DNA of 62,059 bases, the filler included. It is 12 parts of 12 records of this genome, joined end to end, with 100 filler letters (N's around TTAATTAATTAA, not from the genome) between each part and the next. Parts side by side here need not be neighbours in the genome. Positions count along the whole stretch, not along the records: positions 18,940 to 23,984 come from SRR15195285_11590; positions 24,085 to 27,124 come from SRR15195285_11611; positions 27,225 to 30,249 come from SRR15195285_11627; positions 30,350 to 33,679 come from SRR15195285_11637; 8 more parts are not named here. One strand, given 5' to 3'. A program made the position numbers and the translations under genes. The notes under the pieces were generated by a model, which was not told the DNA's origin, ran no database searches, and was given only the letters and a program-made list of their open reading frames with translations. Positions 22,201 through 30,836 of this stretch are shown piece by piece (position 1 is the stretch's first letter; each line of letters starts with the position of its first letter).

Positions 22201-23811
22201 GCGCTGAACAACCATGTTGACTACAGGGTAGCTCTTTGGTACGCCAAGCAGGTCTGAGTGAACGTCTAGCCCACGCGACAGCGCAGCTCGCGCCTGGTCC
22301 TCGTCGTCTACAAGCATCGACACGTCAAAAACTGCACCAGGCTGGCCATGGCAAGTTCTGACGCATCGCAAGAACCCAGCATCATCGGGTGTACGATCGC
22401 CCGGCTTGCGGTCCGGACTAAGCCGGGGACAGCCGACACAGACACGCCGTAGACACTTGGCATATCGAGGATTGCGGCCAGCCGACGCTTCGGCCACGTC
22501 CTCGGTGTCTCCAAATTCGTTGGCCTTCTTTGTCTTGCTGTCCTCCGCCTCCTGCCACGAAGTCACGCCTGGCCATGGATCAATGAACCTTTGGACAACG
22601 AAGATACCCAAGACCAGGCGCGCGAACACATAGAAAAGGAAGAGCGTCTCCGGCTGATCGTATTTGCACTCGAGTGCGGAGGTGTCGCAGTCCATCGTGT
22701 CGTTGCGTGTAGCGGCTTCAGCGCACGTCACCGTTGTGCACATCGACGCCCCGGAGACGCCACATGTCGGATTGCACTGTGTGCTTCTCACGATGGAGCA
22801 GTCTTCGTCGATGGCGTCGCATGAACTCTCGCCCTGGATATCTTTGCAACCAAAGCATGTGTTCGTGTTGTCACAGTAGTAACCTGCGTTGCAATTGGTG
22901 TGCGCCCGGCATTCGTTCGATTCGGGCTGGGCGCCACTGCGAATGTCTCCAGTCGGCACGATGACCAACCGCAGCCGCTCACTGCTCGCGATCTGCAAGT
23001 CGTACGCACTATCGGCTCCACATCTGCACGCGACCTCCTCACCATAGTCCCAGCGAATTCGGATCCACCCTGGATCCTCCGCACCGCAGGAGCCTATTGT
23101 GACCCCACCAGCTCTCAGATGATTGTCGAGCTCTGCCGCCGAGATGAAACCAGAGTGATTGGGGTCGAACGATTCGAACTTGTCCCTGTCGTAGACGCGG
23201 TGGTGCACATCAGCGCGATGTGCATCGAACTCATCCGGCGAAACGAAGCCGGAGCTGTCGGTATCGCCGAACGCGTCAAATGAGTTGTGTGTTTGATCGT
23301 ACTGCTGCCAAACGGGGCCTCGGATCACTTGCAGGCCGGCGACACCGTTGCTCTCCGTTACCGGCTTACCTACAACGTTGCCCAGCTCCGTGCCATTCCA
23401 GTCTGCGACCTGAAAGTACTGGTGTGCGGTGTCGTCGGCTGTACTTTGGAAGTCGCAGTTGTACAAGACGGCCAGGCGCGTGAGCTCGTAAACTGCAGGC
23501 TCAATTGGCAAGTACGCGGCCAGGAAGCAGAATAGGTGCACGCGCCACCTCCACACCGGCGCCCAGATCAGCACGTCCGCGTAGCCTAGCGTCGTGGTCG
23601 TCTGCCGATCCGCGCAGGTGTGCTCGTGCTCGCGGACGGCCTGGAACGAGTCATGTTCGAAACCACACCCAAAATCGCAGCAGAACTTGGGCTGAAGCGA
23701 TGCCACTTCTTCGGCACCAGCAGCGCCGCTGCTGGCGTCGACCAACGGGTTCGCAGTCTGGCACACGGGCTCCTCCGCGCCACCGGTCTCGTCGAAGAGC
23801 GCCTGCTGCAT
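19294..23811 (-). CDS. Multi-domain membrane protein: Zn-finger, TM, split MIB/HERC2 + EF-hand pair, Cys-rich region, TM, ankyrin repeats, protein kinase, TIR, degenerate TIR
   Basis: Single 1505-aa ORF. Kinase motifs VAVK, HSDVKPRN, IDMD, STAYAPPE, DSWSLGCVLYEL. Ankyrin motifs SPLVLAV, GNTVLQW, GRTPLYCAV. TIR motif FFLSHFQKE...WLDM...EGMRKGVEDS..F...LT...RPYCIEEI. Confidence 0.85.
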   Translation of the reverse strand: MQQALFDETGGAEEPVCQTANPLVDASSGAAGAEEVASLQPKFCCDFGCGFEHDSFQAVREHEHTCADRQTTTTLGYADVLIWAPVWRWRVHLFCFLAAYLPIEPAVYELTRLAVLYNCDFQSTADDTAHQYFQVADWNGTELGNVVGKPVTESNGVAGLQVIRGPVWQQYDQTHNSFDAFGDTDSSGFVSPDEFDAHRADVHHRVYDRDKFESFDPNHSGFISAAELDNHLRAGGVTIGSCGAEDPGWIRIRWDYGEEVACRCGADSAYDLQIASSERLRLVIVPTGDIRSGAQPESNECRAHTNCNAGYYCDNTNTCFGCKDIQGESSCDAIDEDCSIVRSTQCNPTCGVSGASMCTTVTCAEAATRNDTMDCDTSALECKYDQPETLFLFYVFARLVLGIFVVQRFIDPWPGVTSWQEAEDSKTKKANEFGDTEDVAEASAGRNPRYAKCLRRVCVGCPRLSPDRKPGDRTPDDAGFLRCVRTCHGQPGAVFDVSMLVDDEDQARAALSRGLDVHSDLLGVPKSYPVVNMVVQRLVQSIQAGPFFTAGLLCIASCAKLLGTVSRQVGKLFGNRHKSGARGSETPEEDAEVDALYSLKGLLGTSRPKRFVLPRGTSSPLVLAVLGSQELFETVLDHGGSAFSSTEQQHAALRLALLTERRDAARLIIASGQAGIEATDAEGNTVLQWLASMLVDDEPDTMLSFCRGQGIDRSDFILRTRTDGAWGRRVDRAMQLALELGADPRGRDKNGRTPLYCAVLFATTCGDNLDLTLCSLLLEYGGDLHAELNGDAGSHTTPAAISSNSTVAALREWSRTYGSYAGRFRLLDQLHQSETCIVFKGVDLERRREKAAVAVKIMRKETEWDREVSARRECHLEERYVVGVREAMRIDPAERARRLHRHGASGQQVDESEFLLAMPLGDCSLFDAVSSERKVGRDVEWVRLAVMQMTQCLQHLHQQGLVHSDVKPRNFCRFRADDGSSRLCVIDMDAASRIGSKIPAWGAGLKASTAYAPPELVTHILLGTTEPPVSATSIDSWSLGCVLYELAASLPLFNADRSDDNLNDSTSKIELLNWRTIDNARLARVFAESSACTDAQRSAAQNLIARCLQADPSRRPSMSQILAHRFLSVDAPTPAPVPSSTHFFLSHFQKEAADLVRSLYLMLEKSGCSCWLDMEADNLTLEGMRKGVEDSQCFMLVLTHGVLFRPYCIEEIFVAAKLEKDVMLVCETEPRFNPFNYDEWTQECKTSDEHAWCKEELAKVEGRGKAAATHMMETVAGVIHANIDQMIPYRRRNFESNAMIATILARNGLHSISSLTSPDDLLRTTSVPVGGLARQASTFARAPTAPAALAQPESIYVAIVHSTPAGDVAASSLQSSLRARGLSVGGTESAKAARRLLIVLTDGALLDPAVLEHLRNAVHQKGLSHQRSIAATVTQDVDLEVVSCSWSFGSEEQQQACKDPAIARLFQHQEFLAMRPAGGNLNHEHEAMADEIVRRYAARDSIGVW

Positions 23812-24141
23812 CCACGCGGCGCGATCGAACCCGTATTATACCGTAGCGTCCAGCTAGTGTACGCGTAACGGCGGTCGGGCGCGTGCGTGGACGGAATGAA
23901 CCCGGCCGGGGCGGCCGCGGGGGCCGCCGGGCGCATCAGCGCGCGAGTCGCACAGACACCGCTCCAGCATGCACTCCAACTGTCNNNNNNNNNNNNNNNN
24001 NNNNNNNNNNNNNNNNNNNNNNNNNNNNTTAATTAATTAANNNNNNNNNNNNNNNNNNNNNNNNNNNNNNNNNNNNNNNNNNNNTCCGGAGTGAAAATAT
24101 GATATTCTTGGTATTTTCGTGATTTTCAGCCAGCTTCTCGA

Positions 24142-24181
24142 GTCAATACGTGTGTCAATACGCGTGTGCGTGTGTCAATAC
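24142..24181. repeat. Short tandem motif (GT)GTCAATAC x3 upstream of PhyH gene
   Basis: gtcaatacg tgtgtcaatacgcgtgtgcg tgtgtcaatac is directly visible. Confidence 0.65.
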
Positions 24182-24189
24182 CCCCGAGG

Positions 24190-25398
24190 ATGGCGGCGTC
24201 AGGTAGCCAGAGCCGCCTCGCAGCGATCGCGGCGCAGCTCCAAGTTCAGCAGCGCACAGTGCATCCGCATGTCGCGGCGGTGGTGGCGGTAGAGCCACTG
24301 GCGCCGTCTCACCCACGGACGGCAGTCTTCAGTGGTGGTCCATCAGAGGCTCAACGTCAGCACCTAGCCGAGCACGGCTACGTGATCGTCGAGGATGCCG
24401 TCGACCCGGCGCTCATGCCGGCACTACTAAACGCGGGGCGTCGGGTGGCGCCACGGATTCGGTTAGGCGAGCTGAGGGACCGTATGCTTACACCGCTGGA
24501 CGGCGAGCCCGTCTTCGCTGAGTACTACGGCTGCCACGAGCTGCTGCGCTACGTTTTGCACTTCATCCAACGTCCGCCGGAGCAGCTTTCACTCGGCGAG
24601 TTCTGCGTCTTCTCCCAAGCAGCTGATGGCCCCGGTGTCAACGGCGGCTGGCATCGCGACGCCACCTGGTGGAAAGAGCGGTCGGGCGCAGACTCCCAGG
24701 GGCGCGCATACGACCGCACCAACCCAGCAAGCTACACGGAGGAGCTAGAGCGACAAATTTGGGAGGACGGCATGTGGGACCGGCGGAGTGGTAGCCCGCG
24801 CAGCATCGAAGCAAGGGGCGGCGTCGGCTTTCACCTCGCGCTAGTCGATGACGATTGTTTCGAACTCGTCCCTGGCAGCCATAAACGTTTCCGTACCGAG
24901 CAAGAGAAGGAGGCCATGCTGGACTACAACGGACTCGGGGCAGGCAAAACGTACGGCCTCACCAAGGAGAGCCCACTCCCAGGTGGCATCCGCGCTGCAC
25001 TCAAGGCGGGTCAGACAATGTTTTGGGATGGAGACATGATCCATCGTGGCGTGTACCGTCCTAACACCGAGCGCCTTACGCTGCATAATGCATGGGGCTC
25101 CCTGGCACCACTCGCTAGTGACGCAAAAGAGCAGAAGCGCAACGTCTGCGATGCACGGTTTGTGCATTGGTGCCACCCAGATTGCAAGACGTTCCTGGCC
25201 GAGGTAGAGGCAGCGGCGGTAGCGCGAGGTGCTAGCATGGTGCCAGGAGTACTCTCTCGCGCTTGGGAGCACTACATGGCTACGCGGACGGTGCCACCGC
25301 AGATCGAACGGTGGAATTCGACACACCCTGCAAGTGAATACCCAGGGTACAATCCTGTTGAAGCGGTTGACGAAGCGATCAATTTGCAGGGGCCTTAA
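24190..25398 (+). CDS. Phytanoyl-CoA dioxygenase (PhyH)-family 2OG-Fe(II) oxygenase with N-terminal PTS2
   Basis: EHGYVIVEDAV, WHRD, ELVPGSHK, LKAGQTMFWDGDMIHRG, R in ERLTLH; N-terminal RLAAIAAQL. Confidence 0.85.
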   Translation: MAASGSQSRLAAIAAQLQVQQRTVHPHVAAVVAVEPLAPSHPRTAVFSGGPSEAQRQHLAEHGYVIVEDAVDPALMPALLNAGRRVAPRIRLGELRDRMLTPLDGEPVFAEYYGCHELLRYVLHFIQRPPEQLSLGEFCVFSQAADGPGVNGGWHRDATWWKERSGADSQGRAYDRTNPASYTEELERQIWEDGMWDRRSGSPRSIEARGGVGFHLALVDDDCFELVPGSHKRFRTEQEKEAMLDYNGLGAGKTYGLTKESPLPGGIRAALKAGQTMFWDGDMIHRGVYRPNTERLTLHNAWGSLAPLASDAKEQKRNVCDARFVHWCHPDCKTFLAEVEAAAVARGASMVPGVLSRAWEHYMATRTVPPQIERWNSTHPASEYPGYNPVEAVDEAINLQGP

Positions 25399-25488
25399 CA
25401 GCGATCTCGGTCGCGTTCAGGTGGGCTTCCTCTTAACGCCGCGAGGACTGTATGAACTCTCAGCTCGACGTACAGGAATTCATTCCAA

Positions 25489-26895
25489 TTACTTTCCTCC
25501 TGGACGCGGAGGTGACACAACCTTCCACGGCTTCTTTTGTGGGTCCGTGTTGGTTTTGCGAGCGAGTTTTACAGCTACCTGCTGATCATCTTTGTCGAAC
25601 TTGATGAGGTGTCGTGATGCTCCTCGTCCGTACGTCTTCTGAAAGGCGACAACCGTCCCAGGCCCATACCCTTTCACACTCACGCGTCGCCCAACCAACC
25701 ACTCACCGTGCGCATGTAGCTCCTCGATGGTGGGATCTACGAACAGCTCTTGTTGAACTTGCTCTGCTGGTGCAAATGCAGCCTCATCAGTTGATCGGTC
25801 TTCTCCGCTGTGAGACGGCTCAGATCCTTCGTCGTCCTTGTCTACCACTTGCCACGGGGTTCCTGGCGAGCTAGGTTTGGTGTCAGCTATCGGGGTCCTT
25901 TCAGCTCTCTTTGACCCCGTCGGGGAGGAAGTAGGCGTGCGGTTGGGTGCAGCCGCCCCTCGCTCGGACGGAGAAGAAGGAGGCGTGAGCAGTTGCTCTG
26001 CCTCTAGCCTCAGGTGCTCTGCTTGTTGCATGAGTTGCTGCGCTTCTTCCTGTTTTGATGCAAATATCGGCGCATCTGCTTTCGATTTTCGTACAGGCGT
26101 AGTTGGCTCCAAGCGCACACCTTGGCCTGTTGGGCTTTTGCTGGGAATCGTGGCGTCGCTGGCCTGGCCTCCCGGCTGCTCAACTTTGGGAGTTCGAAGC
26201 TTCAGGGTAGCGCCAGCGGTAGATGGATCTGTAGGTGTCGCCACTGCAGTCATTATCGGGTTCACTGGCGGCTCAACTTTGGGAGTTCGAAGCTTCAGAG
26301 TAGCGCTAACGGTAAATGTATCTGTAGGTGTCGCTGCTGCAGTCATTATCGGGGTCACTGGCGGCGGCAGCTTGCGCGGTTGCCGCACAGGATTGGCGTG
26401 CAAAGGTGCTTTCGCTGAATCCTTGACGACCTGAGGCACGTTTGACTGTGGTTCTCCTGTGATCGCGCGTGTCGTCCGGGACTGTCGCCTGGTAAGCTTC
26501 CGCCCAAAGATATGCATCACCACAAAGAAGAGCATCGCTACACCCATCACACCCTTTGTCCCACCTAGTTTGGCGCGCCTGCTGCCCAGCGTAAACGCCA
26601 GACATGCCGCGCTCGCCGCCCCAGTGATGAACCCCAAGCCATTAAAGATTCCACTCAGTAGCGCGCCGCCAAGGGACCAGGAATTTCCCTGAGCAATGGC
26701 CGAGAGTCGCTGGAGCACAATCTTTGCTACCGCGAAGCTGACGACCAAGCCCGCATCCGACCGGTAAGCCAGCGTCAGTCCGTTCCCGACGACCTCGCTC
26801 ACTATCGTCACCACGCCACCGACGAGAGGGACCGTGCTCGCGAATGCCTGCGCGATCTGCCGTCGCACCGCAATCACTGTCGACCGAATTTCCAT
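25489..26895 (-). CDS. Hypothetical membrane protein with internal 31-aa duplication and C-terminal SH3/Tudor-like barrel
   Basis: Long ORF; N-terminal hydrophobic Gly/Ala-rich helices, P/T/S-rich linker, C-terminal LVGRRVSVKGYGPGTVVAF...HLIKFD. Confidence 0.65.
   Translation of the reverse strand: MEIRSTVIAVRRQIAQAFASTVPLVGGVVTIVSEVVGNGLTLAYRSDAGLVVSFAVAKIVLQRLSAIAQGNSWSLGGALLSGIFNGLGFITGAASAACLAFTLGSRRAKLGGTKGVMGVAMLFFVVMHIFGRKLTRRQSRTTRAITGEPQSNVPQVVKDSAKAPLHANPVRQPRKLPPPVTPIMTAAATPTDTFTVSATLKLRTPKVEPPVNPIMTAVATPTDPSTAGATLKLRTPKVEQPGGQASDATIPSKSPTGQGVRLEPTTPVRKSKADAPIFASKQEEAQQLMQQAEHLRLEAEQLLTPPSSPSERGAAAPNRTPTSSPTGSKRAERTPIADTKPSSPGTPWQVVDKDDEGSEPSHSGEDRSTDEAAFAPAEQVQQELFVDPTIEELHAHGEWLVGRRVSVKGYGPGTVVAFQKTYGRGASRHLIKFDKDDQQVAVKLARKTNTDPQKKPWKVVSPPRPGGK
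26178..26363. repeat. 93-bp in-frame tandem duplication within CDS
   Basis: Units start at 26178 and 26271 (gctcaactttgggagttcgaagcttcag...gtcattatcggg.tcactggcg). Confidence 0.9.
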
Positions 26896-27224
26896 GACCG
26901 AACGAACCCGGCACGTTTGATGTGAGCTGGCGGGGCTGGCGCTGTGCCCCGGAGGGAGGGGTCGCAAACGCCGGCGAACGCGCGCCGCCGGCGCCGCGCC
27001 GCCTCGGCAGCACGCGCACCGGCCAGCAGGCGTGAGCTGCTCCGGTGTGGGCGGCGCGCGCGCGCGCGCGCGCGCGGCGGCCTCGTACATGTAGTTCGTT
27101 ATTTGTATGATTCATAGTCGTAATNNNNNNNNNNNNNNNNNNNNNNNNNNNNNNNNNNNNNNNNNNNNTTAATTAATTAANNNNNNNNNNNNNNNNNNNN
27201 NNNNNNNNNNNNNNNNNNNNNNNN

Positions 27225-30200
27225 CTCTCCTCGACCTCAGACTCGCTCTCCTCGCGCCAGTCGTCGCCAATGCTTCGTAGTGGTGGCACTGGCTTGGTTG
27301 CCTGCTTCATGTCTACCTGGAGCTCAACGGGCACTACCCAGCCGCCGTCTTCCTCACCTTCGTGAACGTACTCACAAATCCAGCCTTGGAGCTGCGCGAG
27401 CTTGCCTTTGGCACACTTGGTGACATCGCTACGATCGGCACCGATCGACTCCGCTGCCATGCGGACCGACTCGAAGACCTTCCACCTCTTGAAGTGAGGT
27501 CTGCGCACTTTGACTGAGCGCATACAGCTCTTTGGCGGATGCTGTGCTTCTTCGCTGGCCTCTCGCGCGCGTTGCCTTTGCAGCTGCTGTAGCATCGACA
27601 GCATAGGCATCGTCGGCCGAGGAGGACGCTGAGCTTCAGGCTGAGAGTGATCTTCGTCGCTGCTGTCGCTGTCATACTGCGGCTCCTGGCTCTCTCGGTC
27701 CTGGTTGTCAGGGGCAGCGGATTCATCTGAGTCATAGGTGCCATCACTATCGCCAGGGTCTTCGCTAGTCTCGCGTACACTTGCCGGAGTGATCGCGAAC
27801 AAGCAGCCGGCACACCGCAGTGCATAGGCAGCCTGGGGAGCTTTCATGAGCTCCCTGCACTTCGGGCACCGCACAGTGTCGCCGGTGTAGAATATCCGGG
27901 CGTGTATGCATTCACCGTCGCCACCGCCTTGGTTCTCGTCAGACTTGTGGCGCTTGGCTGCTTGGCCGCCTGAGTTCTTGGACGCGGCCTTTCTCTTGCC
28001 TGGCGAGTCGCCCGTCGAGATTCTGCCGCTGCTCGTGTGGATGTTCGGCACGGCGTTCCTGATCTGCTGCTGTCGTTCGTCCGCAAGCTGCGCAAGACCG
28101 TATCCGCCGCCAATCCTCTGCTCCGGGGAGATGAGCACAGAGCACATGGATGGCTTCACCGGGAAGACTCCGTCATCAAATTTGACCATGCAGACGTCGG
28201 CGCCGTCCTGAAAGCGTGGATCGGTCCCGTCGAATTGAGCATCTGACACCACGGTTACAACAACTCCTGTGTAGGTCGCCGTCTTCCACTTTCTGCCGAA
28301 CTCCGTCTTGGCATGCACCTCGCCGAACTCCGCAGCCTTGACGGCAACTGTTGCACCGACCACGAGATCAAGCCCGTCGCTGCTCAAGTGCGGCAAGTGC
28401 CTCGACTGCTTCCGTCCCCCGTGCCCGTTGCTTCCTTTGCGTGCAGCCTTACCTCGTTGCGGTCGGTCGTTCGGCGGGAAGTTGCGCCCTTCCTTGAGAG
28501 CTGCGGCCTCTGCTCTCTTGCGTTGAGCCTCGCGTACTTTTGCCAATGCCATCTCCCTGACCTTTTCCAGCACCGATGCAGAATCGTCGCTCCATTTCGG
28601 GCCAGCGTGCGTCAGCTCCGGGAACGGTGGGGTGATGCAGCAGCCTGGACGTATCTGTATCTTCGAGCTGGGCAGCCGTTGTGCTCGGCCGGGGCTTGCT
28701 TGCCCGTGTCCTCTCTTTCTGGTGTTCGAGGCGGGCTCGGGCCCGGGGACTGCTGGTTGCTTGAGTGGCTGATTCGCGCCGGTCGCGATCACGCGATAAT
28801 CCACTGACGATGTCCGCTCGCGCACGCTCATCGGCGCGGGCATCTGCGGCCTGAAGCACCTGTCCTGGTCCTGGTCGTGGAAGTCGGTTTGCGGTCGCAG
28901 CCGGCGCAGCAGCGGTTCGGGATGGCGCCGGCGCTTCTCTTGCCACCAGCCGACGACCGCAGCAACCGTGACGGTGGAGACTTGGGGCGTAACGAGCGGA
29001 CCCAGCTGCTCCCACGGCACTTCGATGTCGTCTCCACACTTCGCCTTACACTTCTCCAGGCGATCAAGGAGACACTCGAGTCCGTCCGCATCCAGGTTGA
29101 GCAACTCTGCGTTCTCGCTCAGCCACTTCTCATCATCGGCGTCGAGCTCGTACTCAACGTCCGGCCAGTCGACCGAGCTCCAGTCCTTCTCGGCCGACTT
29201 GACCCGTCGCGCAGGCAGCTTGTAGGCCCTCCCCGCGTTGGGAAGCCGAGAGTGTGCGACGCCAGGAAGCAGGACGTGCCCGGCGGCGTCCGTCTCGCCG
29301 CCGTCGTCGAGTTCCGGCGTCTGGGCGCCACGGACGACCCGCACACGGGCCGCGCGGCCGCGAACGGTGATTCGCTTCGTGATGTCGAGCGGCGGCATGC
29401 CACCTTCGAGCTCGACCGTGTTGCCGCGAACCCGCATGGACCGCTTGGGCTCTCCCGCCAGCTGAAGCATCGACAGCCCGGGCGCGGCGCCACCGCGCGA
29501 TGCGCCGGCCGCCTTGTCGGGCGCCGGCGCGACCGGGGGCGTGACCGCCGGCGAGTCCATCGCCGCCGAGTCGTGGCCGTCGCCGCGGGGAGACGGTTTT
29601 GAGGTGTCGTGCGCCAGCGTCGGGCGGCCCCCCGAGGCCGCAGCCCCGCGACGCTTGGTGCCCGCGCGCGCGTGGTCGGGCGAGTCGGGCTTCGTCGTGG
29701 GCGGTGAACTCCGGCGGGTGCGCCTCCTCTGTGCCGGGTCGTTGCCTCTCGTCTTGCGGCCCTTCTGCGGCGGCTTCTTGGTGTGGTTGACGTGCGCCGA
29801 TTCAAACTTCTCAACGAGCTCCTCGTAGCTGGCCCCGGCCGCACGCGGCTCCCTGGCAGCCAGCGCCCAATAGGTGAGGGAGACTCAGGGCGCGGCAAGC
29901 CCGCCCACCGCGGGCAGCGTGGACGGGCGGTGCAGAGAGAGAGAGAGGAAGAGGGAGAGAGAAATGGGCGGTGCGGGTGAGGAGGCGGTGCGTGTGTTGT
30001 GTTTGCCGGACGCACCAGGTGGCCTTCGCTGCGGGCTGTCCGCTCCAGCGGACCTTGTACTCGAAGGCGTTGCCCCGGTACCTCCGGGCCAGCACCTCGG
30101 CGGGTGCGCTTTTCTGTCGCCGTGCTAGCGCTGGCTGCAGCGCCGCGAGTGCGCTGCCGTTGTTCCCTGCGGCCGCTACCTTGACCTTCCGTCGCTTGAG

Positions 30201-30249
30201 CGCTCGGGCACTGGCGGGCGCAGAGCCTCCGCCTCGCCCTCGCACTCCC
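27225..30249 (-). CDS. Chromatin protein: chromodomain, Enhancer-of-polycomb-like (EPL1) domain, Tudor-like, C4 Zn finger, NUMOD1-like HTH (both ends truncated)
   Basis: EVLARR...EYKVRWSG....ATW-(intron 30015-29853)-EP...EELVEKFE splices in frame to the 795-aa ORF. VEYELDADDEKWL...LLDRLEK...WWQEKR...PLLRRL; RCPKC..RCAGC; FESVRMAAESIG..RSDVTKCAKGK...QGWICEY. Confidence 0.75.
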
Positions 30250-30836
30250 NNNNNNNNNNNNNNNNNNNNNNNNNNNNNNNNNNNNNNNNNNNNTTAATTA
30301 ATTAANNNNNNNNNNNNNNNNNNNNNNNNNNNNNNNNNNNNNNNNNNNNAAAAACGCGCAAACTTGCACAGAGATTAACCAGTGCAAATGAGACACCCCC
30401 AACCATACGAATCAGAAATTCATATGTAAATGCAGTTGGCCCAAACACCCGTATTTCGGTAGGTTCAGACACCAAGTCTGCAGTCAGACATCGCTTGGTC
30501 TTCCTCAGTCGACTGATCAAGAGCGTGGGCGTGAATCAATCGTAGTAGACGTGACCGTAGAGATCTACTATAATATAGTACCGTTCGTAGTAGGATTCCT
30601 ACATTCAGGCGCGCGCCGCGGTACACATCCGCGCGCGTACGTACCGCGGTATACCTCGAATACCGCGCGAGCGACGGCGGCCGCGGTACTAGTAGACGCT
30701 ATCGACCAGCTATCGTACGCATCGAACATTCGAACTGCTACGTGTACACCGAGTACGCCGTGCGGTCAGCTAACTAAGGCTGCTGGTGGGCTGCCAAGTT
30801 AGCCCTCGCCGCGCTGGCTGGACGGTACGCGTACCC

